From NCBI GenBank assembly GCA_001643675.2, contig LSRY02000010.1:1860001-1924000 (forward strand): 64,000 bases of DNA. Reading direction: 5' to 3'. This document shows positions 37,198-49,880 of this stretch, in pieces; position 1 is the first letter of the stretch, and every line of letters begins with the position of its first letter. A model generated the notes under the pieces. That model was not told the origin of the DNA. It saw only the letters and a list, made by a program, of their open reading frames with translations, and did no database searches. This stretch comes from Monocercomonoides exilis PA203. Lineage: Eukaryota > Protista > Preaxostyla. A program made the position numbers and the translations under genes.

Positions 37198-40100
37198 GGA
37201 AGAGGAAGAATTTGATGGTTGTGCAGATGATTGGGATGTTTGTTGAACAGAAGGCACAGATGACACTGATGATGATGATGATGATGAGGAGGAGGAGGAT
37301 GATGAAGAAGAAGCATTTACAGAAGGAAGATTAGCATGTCCATTGGATATTGAAGAGGATGAGGATGAGGAAGAAGATGAAGAAGATGAAGCAGGAGGAG
37401 AGACAGATAGAGAAAATGGTGAGGTTAATGATGTTGTTAACACATTCTGATTAACTTGGCTATTTTGATTGTTCTGATTTTTCTGCTTTGTCTTATTTGA
37501 ATGAGCAGATGAATTAGATTGAGACGAATTCTGCTGTGTCTGTTCAGCCTCACCCTCCTCCTCCATCAAAGAAGACAAAATATTCGATTCATTTGTTTCA
37601 TTCAATTCATTCACTTCATTCAATTCATTTGAGTTTTGTGATGTCTGAGAAGTCTGTGATGCTTGTGAGAGAGCAGGCGAAGGATGTTTTGGAATGGGGG
37701 CGACAGCAACAACAGAAGAAGAAGTGAGCGAAAGAGAAATGGAATCAGAAGAGAAGGAAGAATTTGATAGATTGGATGGATTGGATGGGAGAGGAAGGGA
37801 AGATGTGCTGGATGAGAGAGAAGAAGAAGAAGAGGGGGAAGATGAGGAAGATAAAGAAGAAGAAGAAGCAGAGAGAGGATAAGGAGGGGCAGAGGGGAGT
37901 ATGGAAGAAGTAGTTGAGAAGAGAGCAGAGGCATTGAATTGAGCTTGAGCGGAAAGAGGAGGAGGAGGAGGAATATTCAGAGGAGGATGAAGAAGGGAAT
38001 CGTCAGCTGCATTTGTTGATTGTTCATCCACATTCTGTTCTTCAATGCTTTCTGTTGAAGAAGAAGAAGATGATGATGAAGGTACAGTTTGTGAGCTAAT
38101 TTCAATATTACTGACTTCTGTGTTTATATTCGATTTATTTTCAGTTTTATCATCCTCTTCTTCTTTTCTTTCTCTTTCTCTTTCTCTTTCCTTTTCCTCT
38201 TTTCTTTCTTTCTCGTCCTTCTCTTCCTTCTCTTCCATCTCCTTCCTCTTCTTCTCCTCTGCCTTCTTCCTCCTCAGCTCCAATGCTCTTATTCTGTGCT
38301 CTTCGTATTTGAGCAGCCTCTTCTCCTTCCTCTGCATCCACCCTTCGACCATCGCTGCTCTGATCTCTTCGACTTCCTCTGCACACAAATGAGACTGCTG
38401 GAGCTGCCTGTCCAACTGCTTGGCATACGTCTGGAAGGCAGCAGAGGTCTTGTCTCGCGCTTTGGATTGGATGGACAATGGAGCAGATGCAGCTGTGGAA
38501 GAAGAGGAAGAGGAAGATGAAGAAGGTGGTTGAGGAGGTTGATATAAATCATTCTGTAATGAATCGGTGTTGATGAATTCTGTGTTGGCAGATGTTTGCT
38601 CAGGTGGCAAAACAGAAGAAGAAGAAGAAGAAGAAGAAGGTGAAATGTTGAGGGAAGATAAATTTTGCTGAATGGAAGAGGAATCAACAGAAGAGCTTGA
38701 AGATTGAGAAGACAAAGTTGAATGGCGAGAATGATGAGGAGAAGGAGGAAGAGAAGACGAGGAAGATGAAGAAGAAGGAAGAATATCACTTCCATTGCTT
38801 TGTGTGTCAATGCTTTCTCCCCTTTGAGAAGAGAGGGGAGGAGTATGATGATAATGATGATGATGAAGTTTTTGATGATTATTATTCAATTGCTCTGTTG
38901 TTGAATGAAGGATAATTTTGAGAGGAGGAAAAGGAAGAAGAGAACCTTCTGGTTTCTCACCTTTGACGATAACTGGCAGATTTAATGGAACATACAAAGA
39001 AGAAGAAGAAGAAGAAGAAGGGAAAGAGGAGGAGGAAGTATTGTTTTGTGGGAAATTTGGTACCTCAATTGGATCTGGAAGCACGAAGTGTGGGATAACA
39101 GTTGTATTTGCTGTTGTTTGAGGCAAAGAGGATGGAGAGGAAGAAGATGGAGGAGATGAAGAAGGAGGAGAAGTTAGAGAAGAAGAGGATAAAGGAGGAA
39201 AAGATGAAGGAGAAGAAGAAACAGATGATGATGATGATGATTCAGATTGCATTGTTAATGGTGCATCTCCATCCAAATTAGAGTTGTTTCCTGGTTGTTC
39301 ATTCGAGTCATTTCCCTCAACATTTTTGGCAGAAGAAATTGGTTGCTGAAGAGTTGTATCAATTGCAGTAGCAGCAGAAGTAGAAGATGATGACGAAGAA
39401 GATGAAAAGGAAGAAGATTGCAAATGAGTCTCTGATGAAACTGTTTCGAGCTCATTTGTGGAGCATTCAACAGGTTGCTGTAATGAATTGTTATCAGATG
39501 AGAAAGAAGAAGAAGAAGGAGGAGGAGGCTGTTGTTGCAGAGTTGGCGAAGATAAAGGAGGAAGATTAAGGAAAGGAGAAAGAGGAGGGAGAAGAGGAAG
39601 AGTTGGAAGAGGTAAAGTTGGAAGTGGTTGAGGAGATAGAGGTGGAGGAGGAGGAGGAAGGGAGATTTCATTCAGCAAAGGAGAAGACACTTCATCCGAA
39701 GAAAGCGACAAACCTGGTGAAGATGGCGAAGATGGAGAAGCTGTTGGTGGTAGAAGAGGCAGAGGAGGCATTTCAATATTGTCCAGCGAAGACAGAGAAG
39801 GAGATTGAGAATGTACAATTGGCAGTTGAGAGGATATTCTGCTCGGTGAAGAAGGAATGGCAGTTGCATCGTCTTTTTGTAAATCTTCGTCTTTGCTGTT
39901 ATTATCCTTTGCAACGTCATCAATGACAGTTAATGCTCTATCTTCGTTTGATTGCGATGACGAAGGTTCAGTAGGAAGGATTTCTGTTTGAATATTTTGA
40001 TTTTCAAATGAACTATCTGGAAGTGTAACTTTTGATTCTTCTGTAGAAATCAATGAACTGTAGATAAAGTCTTTATTTTCTGTTTGAACCACTCTTTCTT

Positions 40101-40692
40101 CAACAAATTTATCGTTGCTTGACTTTTCATCACTTGATGATGTTTTCTCAAGTTGGCAGCATTGTAGATATGCATCTCGCTCACATATTTTCTCATGCAT
40201 TTCTTGAACACTAACTTTCAAATTTTCTATTTTTTGAAGGGCATTTTGGAAATTTCCATCAATGCTCTTTTATTTTTGATGGAAAATATAAAAATAAAAA
40301 ATTAAATAGAATGTTGAAAGATGTAATTAAAAATATGTCATACTGAAAGAATTTTGCATTGTTGGTGCATTTGATAAGCGTTCTTTGAGTTTAATATGCT
40401 TTTAGTCTGTGCATCATATTTTGCTTGAATTGAGTCAACTTTTAAAAAATTGCTTAAAATCTCTCTGAAAGTTATGTGTTAACATACTAAATGAAGATGC
40501 CAGCTTGCTTGATAATCCTGTTGTTACAATTTCCCTTATTTCTTTTTTCTTTTGAATTTTTTGAAGAATTGCCTGGGCCAGAGATTCTCTTATTTCCGAA
40601 AGAAATACTTCTTCTGACTTGTAGAAAGAATACACAGGATCCAATAACTTCATTGGGTACATAGAAGTAAAAGAGGTATCATTCATATACAT
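36577..40692 (-). CDS. Hypothetical protein: short N-terminal helical domain (split by two introns), then >1100 aa Ser/Pro-rich disordered region with a central charged helix
   Basis: The 1214-codon ORF 36577-40221 joins in frame, via short GT-AG introns, to upstream exons (MYMNDTSF...SSF/IDSIQAKY...ILS/SIDGNFQ). Confidence 0.65.
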
Positions 40693-41095
40693 CAAAAAGA
40701 AAAAGTTATCATTCGATCTTATCCAAAATATTATCTTTCATATAGGAAAATTGATTAGTAATCCAATAAAATATTAACAATTGATAAAAAAACTTAAAAA
40801 CATAGATGTACATTTTTATAGTGAAAAATCTTAAAACAAACTCCTCATAGTGTGAATCAGGTTAAACGCTTGAAAATAAAGTGAAAAATACAATACACAA
40901 AAAGAAAACAAAAAAAAAAGATAACAATAAACTAGAACAAGATATACCACAGATGCAATTCATGAGGAACAATCAAAAGTTGAAAATAAAATCAAGAAAA
41001 TATCCCTTTGACGTCAGATTAAAAAACAAAAATAAAAAAACAAATTCTATTTTAGGAGATGAAACTTATTTTCCACAACTTCAAATAAAAAAAAG

Positions 41096-44000
41096 CTAGC
41101 AATCCAAAATCAGCTCCACCGCAATAAAAACATTTCCGTTGCATTTAGTCAGATAGTCTTGTGCTGTTTCCTCGTCGCATCCAGTCAGCTCCATCACTCT
41201 GCTGATGTCCTTCGAGTGATTGGCACTTCTTTCAGTTGGCTTTGTTTTTGTGTCAGACAGATAGAAAGAGATGTTTGTGGACGAGAAAAGATCTTCTTTG
41301 CAAAATGAGTCCAACGCAAGCGCATTCTGTGCGGAGACATCGAATGACTGCTGGGCACAGCTCAAATACGAATCATTCGAATAATTTGTTGTTTGTTTGT
41401 TCTCTTTCTCTTTTGCGTCTTCTCCATTTGTATTCTGTCCATTCATTCTTCCTTCTTTGATTTCTTCTTTTCTTTCTTGTTGTTCTTGTTCATCTTCATC
41501 TTCTTCTTCTTCTTCCCCTTCAACCTCATCGTCAATGTCATCATCAAAGATTGAGTCATCCACATCCACAATTTCTCCTTCATCGTCGTCAAAGTCGCTG
41601 TCTGAGAGTGGCGGAGGAGGCGGTGGCAAAGGCAAGTTAAGTGCTGCTATGTCCAGTTCATCTTCCACTTTCGACTTCCTCCTCTGGCTCGTTTTGACAG
41701 ACATGTCATTTTTGTTCTCTGTTTGTGCGGATTCTGTTAATCTTTCTCTTTCCTTTTCTCTTTCTTTTTCTCCTTTTTCTCTTTCATTTGTGTTTTCAGT
41801 TGCAATTTCTGTTTCAATTGCAGCTGCTGTTGTGGAATAAGTCGACAGCGATGAAGGTGCCTTCGTTTGAGCCTTGTAACTCCATTCGACTTTCCAGCTG
41901 GCATCATTTTCTGCATTGAGTGGCTTTATAGACAGATACTTTGCCATCTGACTGGCATCTGTGCAGAAGTGGAGAGAAGAATCAACAGCAAAGCGGGTGG
42001 GGAAGCACTTTGTGGAGTAGTCTGAGGCGAAAGGGAAGGCGACGGGAGAGGAGGAGAAAGAGGAGAAAGAAGAGAGGGGGGAAAGATTGGCTTCACACGA
42101 CAGAACATCGGATAGGGTTTTGCTTGAGGCAGAGAGAGAAGGAGAATGAGAAGGGGAGGGATACGCAGATGCAGATGGAGAGATGGAAGGAGATGAAGAC
42201 GAGGAAGAAGGAACAGAAGAAGAAGAAGAGGAGGAAGAGGAGGAGGAAGAAGATGATGAAACAGAGACAGAACTTGAGGTTAACACATTCCTTTGAAGAG
42301 GAGAAGGAGCAGGAAGAGAAGAAGCACTGGTGTTTGCTGGATGTGTTGGGAAAGCGCTGGAAGAGAAGACAGAATGAGAAGAAAGAGTGTAAATGTCAAA
42401 GGGCAGCTGGAGCATCGTGTGGAAGTTGTCAGACAGATTCGTCTTTTCTGTCTCTTCAGCCGATGAAGAGATGGCATTGTCCCATTCCCTCGCATTCTCC
42501 TGCTCTTCTCTCAAAAGATCCCTCTTCAGCGTCTGCTCATCTCTTACATCGATAAATTCATCGCTCTCCTTTTTGGGCCCTCCTCTTTCGCTGCGGAGTA
42601 TCTTGTCTATTCTGTTGGCCTCGTAGTTGTTGATGTCGCCTGCTAAGAGCTGGATGAAGGCCAATGGGAAACGCACAATCTCCTGAAGAAGGAGAAGATG
42701 GGGCTTGATTCTGGTGGAAGAAGAAGAGGAGGAGGAAAGAGAAGAAGAAGCAGAGGAATCAGAAGGGGTGTAGTTGAGGAGCATGTCGAGGAGGAGGGAG
42801 ATTGTGTTGGGGGCACGAAAAAGAAGGCGGCGGATGACCAAAAAGCGGCGGTGGTGTTTCAGCTGGAGGAGGAGCGAGTAAGAGGGAGAGGAAGGAGTGG
42901 ATGGATAGGGCCACACGAAGTGATCAGAACGGGTGGGGGAGGGAGAGGGGCTGGGAGAAGGATGGGCTGAGAGGGGCTGGGAGGAAGAGGAAGAGGATGA
43001 TGATGAAGAGGAAGAAGAGGAAGGGGAGGGGGTGTTGGATTCTGAGCTTGTTGAAGCAGAAGCAGAAGCAGCAGCAGCAGCAGCAGAAGAAGAAGAAGAG
43101 GAGGAGGAGGGGGAAGAGGAAGATGGAGATGGGTGAATTGTTTGAAAAACAGAAGAAGAAGAAGATGATGATGATGAAGTAGAATTCAGTCTGTTAGCAT
43201 CATTCACTTCAGCTAAATGTGCCCTTTCTGCATCAGAACGGCCTCTTGAATGACTTGTTGATGTGCTTCCATCAGAAGATGTTACACTTTCATCATCATC
43301 GTCTTCACCTTCATTTTCCTGTCTATCTCTTTCGTTGTCTCTTCTTCTATTAACATTCTGACTAGTCTCTCTTGTTCTGTCTTCGTCTGCTCCTTCTGAA
43401 GACTCTTCCATTTGCAAACTGAGCATATCAACTGGTGTGGGTGGTTCATCATCATCATCATCTTCTTCTTCATCTTCATCATCCTCATCATTATTACTAT
43501 TTCTATTGCGATTTCTATTTCTATTTCCTCTTCCCTCTCTCTCTTGCCCTTCGTTCCTGTAGTTGTGGAGGATGTTTTCGTAAAAGTCTCGAAATGGCAG
43601 AGAAGCTGTTGTTGGGCTGCGTCTGGCTGATGTGTGTGACGATGGAGTTATTGGCAACACATCTTCTGCTTCTCTTTCTTCTTCTTCTCTTTCTTCTTCT
43701 TCTCTCTCTTCTTCTCTTTCATCTCTTTCATCCTCATGTTCTCTTTCTCTTTCTTGCAATGAACATATTACTGTTAAGTTCTCATCAGAGTCTGTTGGAG
43801 GAGCAAGAGAAGAGAAATTAAGCACATCTGAATCAGATGAAGATGAAGAAGAGGATGAAGAGGAAGATGAAGAAGAAGATTGCACGTTTATTTCTCTTTC
43901 AGGAGAAGGCAGTGAATCATCTTCTTCATTCTCTGCCATCTCATCCACCACCTCCTCTTCTCCAAATCTGTTATCTCTTTCCTCTGCTGATTCGTGTGCT

Positions 44001-44826
44001 GACGCGGCCAGCGGAGACAGAGGCGCCGAGTGAGGTGCAGACGGCGCCTGTGAAAGCACCTCGTCTTGGCACAACGAAGGCAGATCAGACGGAATCTGAG
44101 GCGTTTCTGGGAGCTCGCCTGTGTCTGGCATTGATTCTGGCATTGATTCCTGTATTCCTTCTTGTATTCCTTCTTGGCATTCGTCAGGTGGAAGAGGGGG
44201 ATCGAAGGGTGAAGTGAAGAGGCTGTTGCGGCGTGAGGAAGGAAGAGAAGGAAGAGAGGGCAGGAAAGGAGGGGTGGGGGGTGTGGGAGGAGGAGGAAGA
44301 GAATGAAGAGAATGAAGAGAATGAAGAGAATGAAGAGAATGAAGAGAATGATGGGACTGTACCGAATGAAGAGAGTTGGCTGGGGCGATGTGAGGAGAGA
44401 GAGGGAGAGAAGAGGCAGAAGAGGCAGAAGGAGCAGAAGGGGATGTGGGAACAGAGGGAGGAGAATGCGGAGCGGGAGGAGGAGGAGACGGGGGATTGGA
44501 AATGGTCTCAGGAAATGATGAAGAAATCGAGTAGGAGGAGGAGGAAGAAGAAGAAGAAGAAGAAGAAGAAGATGATGATGATGATGAGGAGGAGGAGGAG
44601 GATGATGATGAAGAGGAAGATGAAGAAAGATCATTCGAGTGTGATTCGTGTTCAACGTCTTCTTCATGCTCGTCAAAAGGGCTGTGGCTGCTGTCGTCTT
44701 CGCGAGCAGCATTCATCCGAAGTCTCTCTCGTCTCAGCACAGACAGAAAGCTCAGCTCATCAGGAGTGTATTGGGCAACATCCTGGCTTTGGCTTAGCGT
44801 GTGAGAAAGTTCAAAAGAAGAAGAAA

Positions 44827-44857
<31 letters not shown>

Positions 44858-45683
44858 AGAATTATGTTGAGTATGCATGGTTGTGTCCATAGCTTCAGAG
44901 TATTCGCGAAATGAATTTTGTTCCGTTAGATGTTCAGATTCTGAATGCTCTTCTAAATGTTCGTTTTGAATTGTAGAACAAGGTTGAGATCGGTTTGGAC
45001 TTGGTGGGGTTTCACTTTGTCCTGAAGTATTTTTCTTTTTATGCTCCCTTTTTCTTCGATTATTTGCAACTGGAGTATTTGTGGTAAGAAATTCAATTGC
45101 AATATCGATGTTTCCATGTGCAGCATTCAAACAATTCAAAGAACGTTCTCGTTCAAATCCCATTTGTACAAGCAGTTCAGCTTCAACAGCATACTCAGAC
45201 CCTTGATGAATAGTTTGAGTGAATAATCGCTCATCATTTGAAGTATTTGAATGTTCAGCTTGCAAATTAGAAGTAAAATGGCTTGAGGTTTGAGGTTCAG
45301 GTTGTTCATTACTGATGGCATTTTCCTTTAAAGCAAAAAATAATGTTCAATAATTGTTAAATAAGCAGAACAACCCCAAAAAAATAATAAAGTTATAAAC
45401 CTGCTCTCCAGTGAAAAATAATGAACTGCTTTCTGTCTGTACATAATATTGATAAGTCATGAGAGAAAAGTTTTACAAAAACACTCAAATTGCGACAAAC
45501 AATATGCAATGATTCAAGCGTGTCAAAATCTTGAAGTTCTGCATCTGTTGATAAAATCAAAACTGTTTCTTTTTGCAAATGCAATGCACGGGCTATTCCA
45601 TGTTTGAGATGACGAATTGTGCTTGTAGGCTTCACGTTAACAGTCACTTTTTGACCTTCCAGTGACTGAAGCGATAGTCTCAT
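41096..45683 (-). CDS. RAD23: RAD23-like UBL-UBA-XPCB-UBA protein, inflated to ~1,480 aa by low-complexity insertions; 3 exons
   Basis: UBL (MRLSLQSLEGQKVTVNVKPTSTIRHLK...LQDFDTLESLHI), UBA1 (LVQMGFERERSLNCLNAAHGNIDIAIEFL), XPC-binding/STI1-like segment (QLKHHRRFLVIRRLL...LLQEIVRFPLAFIQLL) and C-terminal UBA2 (ISRVMELTGCDEETAQDYLTKCNGNVFIAVELIL). The domain order matches RAD23. Confidence 0.7.
44300..44350. repeat. 9-bp coding tandem repeat (GAATGAAGA)n encoding (SLH)n in the RAD23-like gene
   Basis: Directly visible; the protein reads HSLHSLHSLHSLHSL. Confidence 0.9.
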
Positions 45684-45900
45684 AAAAAATACTTATCTGT
45701 ATGGATGATATTAATTAAATAAAATAATTGCAAAGTAAACGTTCAGATATACACTTGCAATAGCTCTTCAAAAAGAGTTTCAAACAATAAAAATTTAATT
45801 TAATTAAATATGGATAAAGATCGTTATGTGAAACAAATTGTTTTGAATTGAGTTTTTAAAAAATATCTCAGAAACCAAAGGAAGTTTTATTTTTTCTGTT

Positions 45901-46975
45901 TTATCTTATAAAAGGAATCACAACCTTTCGTTCTATCACCTTATTACTTGTGCAATTATCGAATGAGCAAGAAGTGATTGTGAGATTTGCGTTCGTGCAG
46001 TTAACTATCAGTGCACCTCCCCAGGCACTTCCGCTATTAGAATCATACCATTCGCGCCATTCAAAGCGATGACTGTTCTGATCAAAAGAATCCAACCTTC
46101 CAGGAGTTTTTCTTTGAGATTCTGTTCCAACATGTACAACAGCAGCATTTGGTGAAGAGCGTGTTTGGTGAAAGAAAGAGGCGTTGAAGGCAGAGAGAGA
46201 AGTGGATGGTCCATTGAGGGAAGGGATTATGACACCATCGATGGGGTTGTGGGTGTGGATGAAGATTGTCGAGCGAAGAGAGAAGGAAAGGATTGTATTG
46301 GTGCTAGTGGAAGTGGAAGAAGAGGAAGAGGTAGTTGAGGTGAATAGATTGAATGCGCGAGAGAAGGAATGAAAGAGACAGAGGAGAAATTTGTGCTTGA
46401 GAGATGGAGATTGAGGTGGATTTGGAGGTGGGGATGGGATTGGTGATGGATACGGAGAGGGGAAGAGGAAGGAGAAGGAGAAGGAGATAATGAGGATGAG
46501 GATGAAGATGAGGATGAGGATGAGAAAGATGAAGGAGAAGGGGATGGGTTAGAGAGGGAAGAAGGAGAAAAAAGGAAGGGCTGGATGAGGGAGATGAAGG
46601 AGGAGAAAGAGGAGTGGGAGATGGAGAATGAGGCAGGGATTGGGGAGTGGGCATGTGAGAGGAGATTGTTTGGGGTGGAGAAGAGGGGGAAGGAGAGGAT
46701 GGCAGGTTGGTGGGTGGTGAGGGAGAAGTTGGTGAGGGCGATGGAGGCATGGGCAGAGAGGATGAGGGGGCAGTGGTGGTGGTGGTTGTTGGTGAGTGAA
46801 GGAGCAGATGGTGGCAGCTGAGTGGTGCTGGGCAGTGAGGAGTGGACAACTACTGAAGGGGATGGCATTGAGATGTGTCACACTCAAGGAGGTGTTGATG
46901 AAGGCAAGGCTTGTCTGAATACCACAGATGGGATTGATAGATGCATATTTAATGCTCTAATCATTGGCACTTCAA
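45901..46975 (-). pseudogene. Truncated 5' fragment of a beta-helix surface-protein family gene
   Basis: FEWREWYDSNSGSAWGGALIVNCTNANLTITSCSFDNCTS resembles FIWCEWDGS...SSGGAICMY...SVSHCVFNGC of the 17.7 kb pseudogene. The reading is broken across several frames. Confidence 0.5.
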
Positions 46976-47143
46976 ATGTTGTTAAAATTTTATACAAATA
47001 TAAACATTCAAAAAATTAAAAGAATAAAGCGAATTATCTTCATTTCATTCATTTTTAATTTTTGACTTTTCTTTTTCAATTTTTTTCTTAAAAAACAAGA
47101 TGAATGAAATGAAATGTGTTGTACAGGGCACAGTGTAAAATAC

Positions 47144-47571
47144 TTAGCCAAATAAATCAAACATTCCCTTTTGAAGAAAAAAATATCATTCACAAAAATA
47201 AATTTTAAATAATTAAACAAAGCAAAAACATAAACAAAACAAACCCCTTCGAACTCTTCCTCCTCCTCCTCCTTCTTTTCTTCCTTCTTTGACTCTTCCT
47301 TCTTTGATTCCTTTTCTGGTGCTGCAGCAGCCGATGAAGCGGAAGCTGATGGAGCAGCAGCTGCAACTGCGAATGACGCTGCAGCCATCTTCCTCAGACC
47401 ATCATCTAAGATTTCCTGTCCAGTTCTCGTTCCGACTTTTGAAATTAAATCGGCAACTCTGGCTTCATCAACCTCAGCACCTGCTGCCTTCAATATGTTG
47501 ATTATATCTGCTTTCTTTGGATGTGTTTTTCCACCGACTTGAGATAAAAGTAATGCTGCTGCGTATTTCAT
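47144..47571 (-). CDS. RPLP2: 60S acidic ribosomal protein P2; 2 exons (47571-47245, 47167-47144)
   Basis: MKYAAALLLSQVGGKTHPKKADIINILKAAGAEVDEARV, an Ala-rich hinge and an acidic tail. Splicing the intron at 47168-47244 gives ...EEEEEEFEGGMFDLFG*. Confidence 0.93.
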
Positions 47572-48279
47572 CCAAGATTTGTGATTTTTTCTGTTCTAAA
47601 TTGAGTGTTTATATAACCCTATTTAAGAATTCTTCGAAAAAAGATTATTGCATATTTTTTGGGGGGAAAAACCTTTTGTCATACCACTCCATATGCAAAT
47701 TGGAAGATTGTTTCCGGATCCTATTTGGATATTCTTTTCGCAAAACGAAGATTGATCCTTTCAATAATTCTTCAGATTTCCGGACTCTGAAAAGATAAAG
47801 GATGGAAATTTCAGAACAATATATAGAACAATACAAATCACATACGCAACGTCTTTTGCGTTAAAGTTAAATTGTTGTATTTCAGTTGGCCATCCAATTT
47901 TCAAAAATAATCAGGAAGAATTTCAAAAACATTGCATCTCCATCATTGTCTGCTGTCTCAACAGGTAAAAAAATATTTCCGTTTCTGTAGAATATGTTTT
48001 CTCTCCAATTTATCAACTTTCAAATTGATATTCAGATTCAAAGCTAATTATTCGATCATGGAATCCATTACAAAAACTGAAAAAAGAAAAGCATTATTTA
48101 TCTTCATAAGCCTTTGCTAGAATTTCAACAAAAAGAAAAGCAGTATGAATACATATATCGTATTGACTATTTTAAGTTTTTATTTAACATCTATTTCTTC
48201 TAATAAAACAAATGCGAATTCAATGTGAATGATGAAAATGTGTTGTTAACTGGATACATTCATTTAAATAAATGCAGGA

Positions 48280-49880
48280 GATGGACAACACAAAAAATTT
48301 TGCTCGTTTGCAAGAAACTTTATGAAAAATTTGCTTGTTAACTCCGTTTCTTTCTTTTCTTTGTTTTTATTGAAGAATTGTTTTCTGAGCTGGGGCTTTG
48401 CGATGAGGAAGATCAGAAACAGAAAATCATTGAAATGAATAGACTGATGGAGGAGATGAATGAAAAACAATTTAAATTCTTTTTAACAATAGAACTGTTC
48501 AATGAGGTGGATATTATGATTGAAAAAAAGAAAATATCAACAGAAAATGCCATAACGTTTTTGAAGCATGCTGGATATTGCAAAACGTTAAAAAGCTTTT
48601 TTGACTTAGCATTTTGTCATTCCCCATTAAGCTTAAGAATTCTCAGTATGATTGCTCAAGAGAAGATAAAAAAAAGAATAAACAAAGTCATTCTTGTCGA
48701 TCTTTGCCAATGCTACCTTTTACTCAACAGCTGGATTCCGCCAGAAGCTCTTTCGATCTGTACGTCTTGCCTTTTAAACGATATCTTGGACAAAGAAAAA
48801 AATGAGGAAACACAAAAAGAAGTGGAAATTGCTTTGCTGGCAATGAATAACATTGATAGATTTGATGTATGTGCATTTTCGCTTTCGTTTTGGATATTAT
48901 TGATATTTTTATCTCTTTTTTAATAAGAAAGCGTCAAAAGAATTGTATTCAAATATTATCAAAAAAATAATCAAATATCATCAGGAGCACAGAAATCTGA
49001 AGCGACTTGCATATCAACGTGCTTGGAAGTTTTTGATAAAAGAATTATTTCACAATAGAAATTTGGAAGAAATAATTGTGAATGATCTGCATCTTGGAAG
49101 AGAAGCAACGAGAGAATTGTTAGAAATGATGAAATGTGTTGATTGGAAGAGAGAGAAAGAAGAAGAAAGGGAAGAAGAGTTTGCTTGATCGAGATGGATC
49201 GAATCTTTGAATTTTTTCTTCGAAATGAAACAAAGCAACAAAAGAAAGAAAGAAAGAAAGAATTAAATAAAAGTGAGGAAGAAAAGATGGAAAAACAGGA
49301 TGAGAGGCGAATGAAATGAGGAAATGATGGAAATGAAAAGAATAATTTTCTTGGAAAAGGCGATTCTCATTGAATGGAACAAACGCTCCACACCAAAAGA
49401 AACCAACAGAACGAGAGAAGAGAGAAAATATCGAGCAGAATTCTATTTCTTGTGGAAGGAAGAAGGAGGAGGATTTATTGGAAAGGGAAGGGAAGCAATT
49501 GGGAAAAGACAGATGAAGATTTATTTGGAAAGAAAATGTTTGATTGAATGGTATTTTTGAGGAAGCAGCAGAAGGTGCAAACAAACAGGATAAAAGAATG
49601 AAGAAGAGGGATAAAAAGAGAAAACAAGTGAAACATGAAAAGGAGGGGGAAGAAGAACAAGGGTGATGACATGAGAACAAGGAATGAAAAGGAAGGGGAG
49701 GAAGAGGAAAGGTGGAATGGAATGAATAGAAGAAGTTATTTCAGGAAGAAGATTGATGCTGGAGCAGCTGATACGATTTCGTCGAAAAGCGAAGAAGAGG
49801 AAGAGGAAAGAGGAATGAAGCAGAAAAAGGATCAGCAATCAACAGGGATCTTTGTTTGCAACAAGGAGAGTGAAGTGAGG
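48280..49880 (+). pseudogene. Degenerate copy of a lineage-specific helical multigene family (FSEL..C.EE.QK.KI / EETQKEVE.ALLA motifs)
   Basis: ORFs 48378-48923 and 48943-49188 show clear similarity to the copy at 57.7-59.2 kb (KEETQKEVEMALLAL, IIEHHQEH.NLT..AYQ.AW.FL). The 3' half is broken by stops and frameshifts. Confidence 0.7.

Noticed and set aside
36582-44892. Many overlapping poly-Leu, poly-Lys/Arg and poly-Glu ORFs in alternative frames (also within 69-6825)
   Set aside because: These are shadows of TCT/TCC/TCA serine microsatellites in the real genes, which lack stops in other frames.
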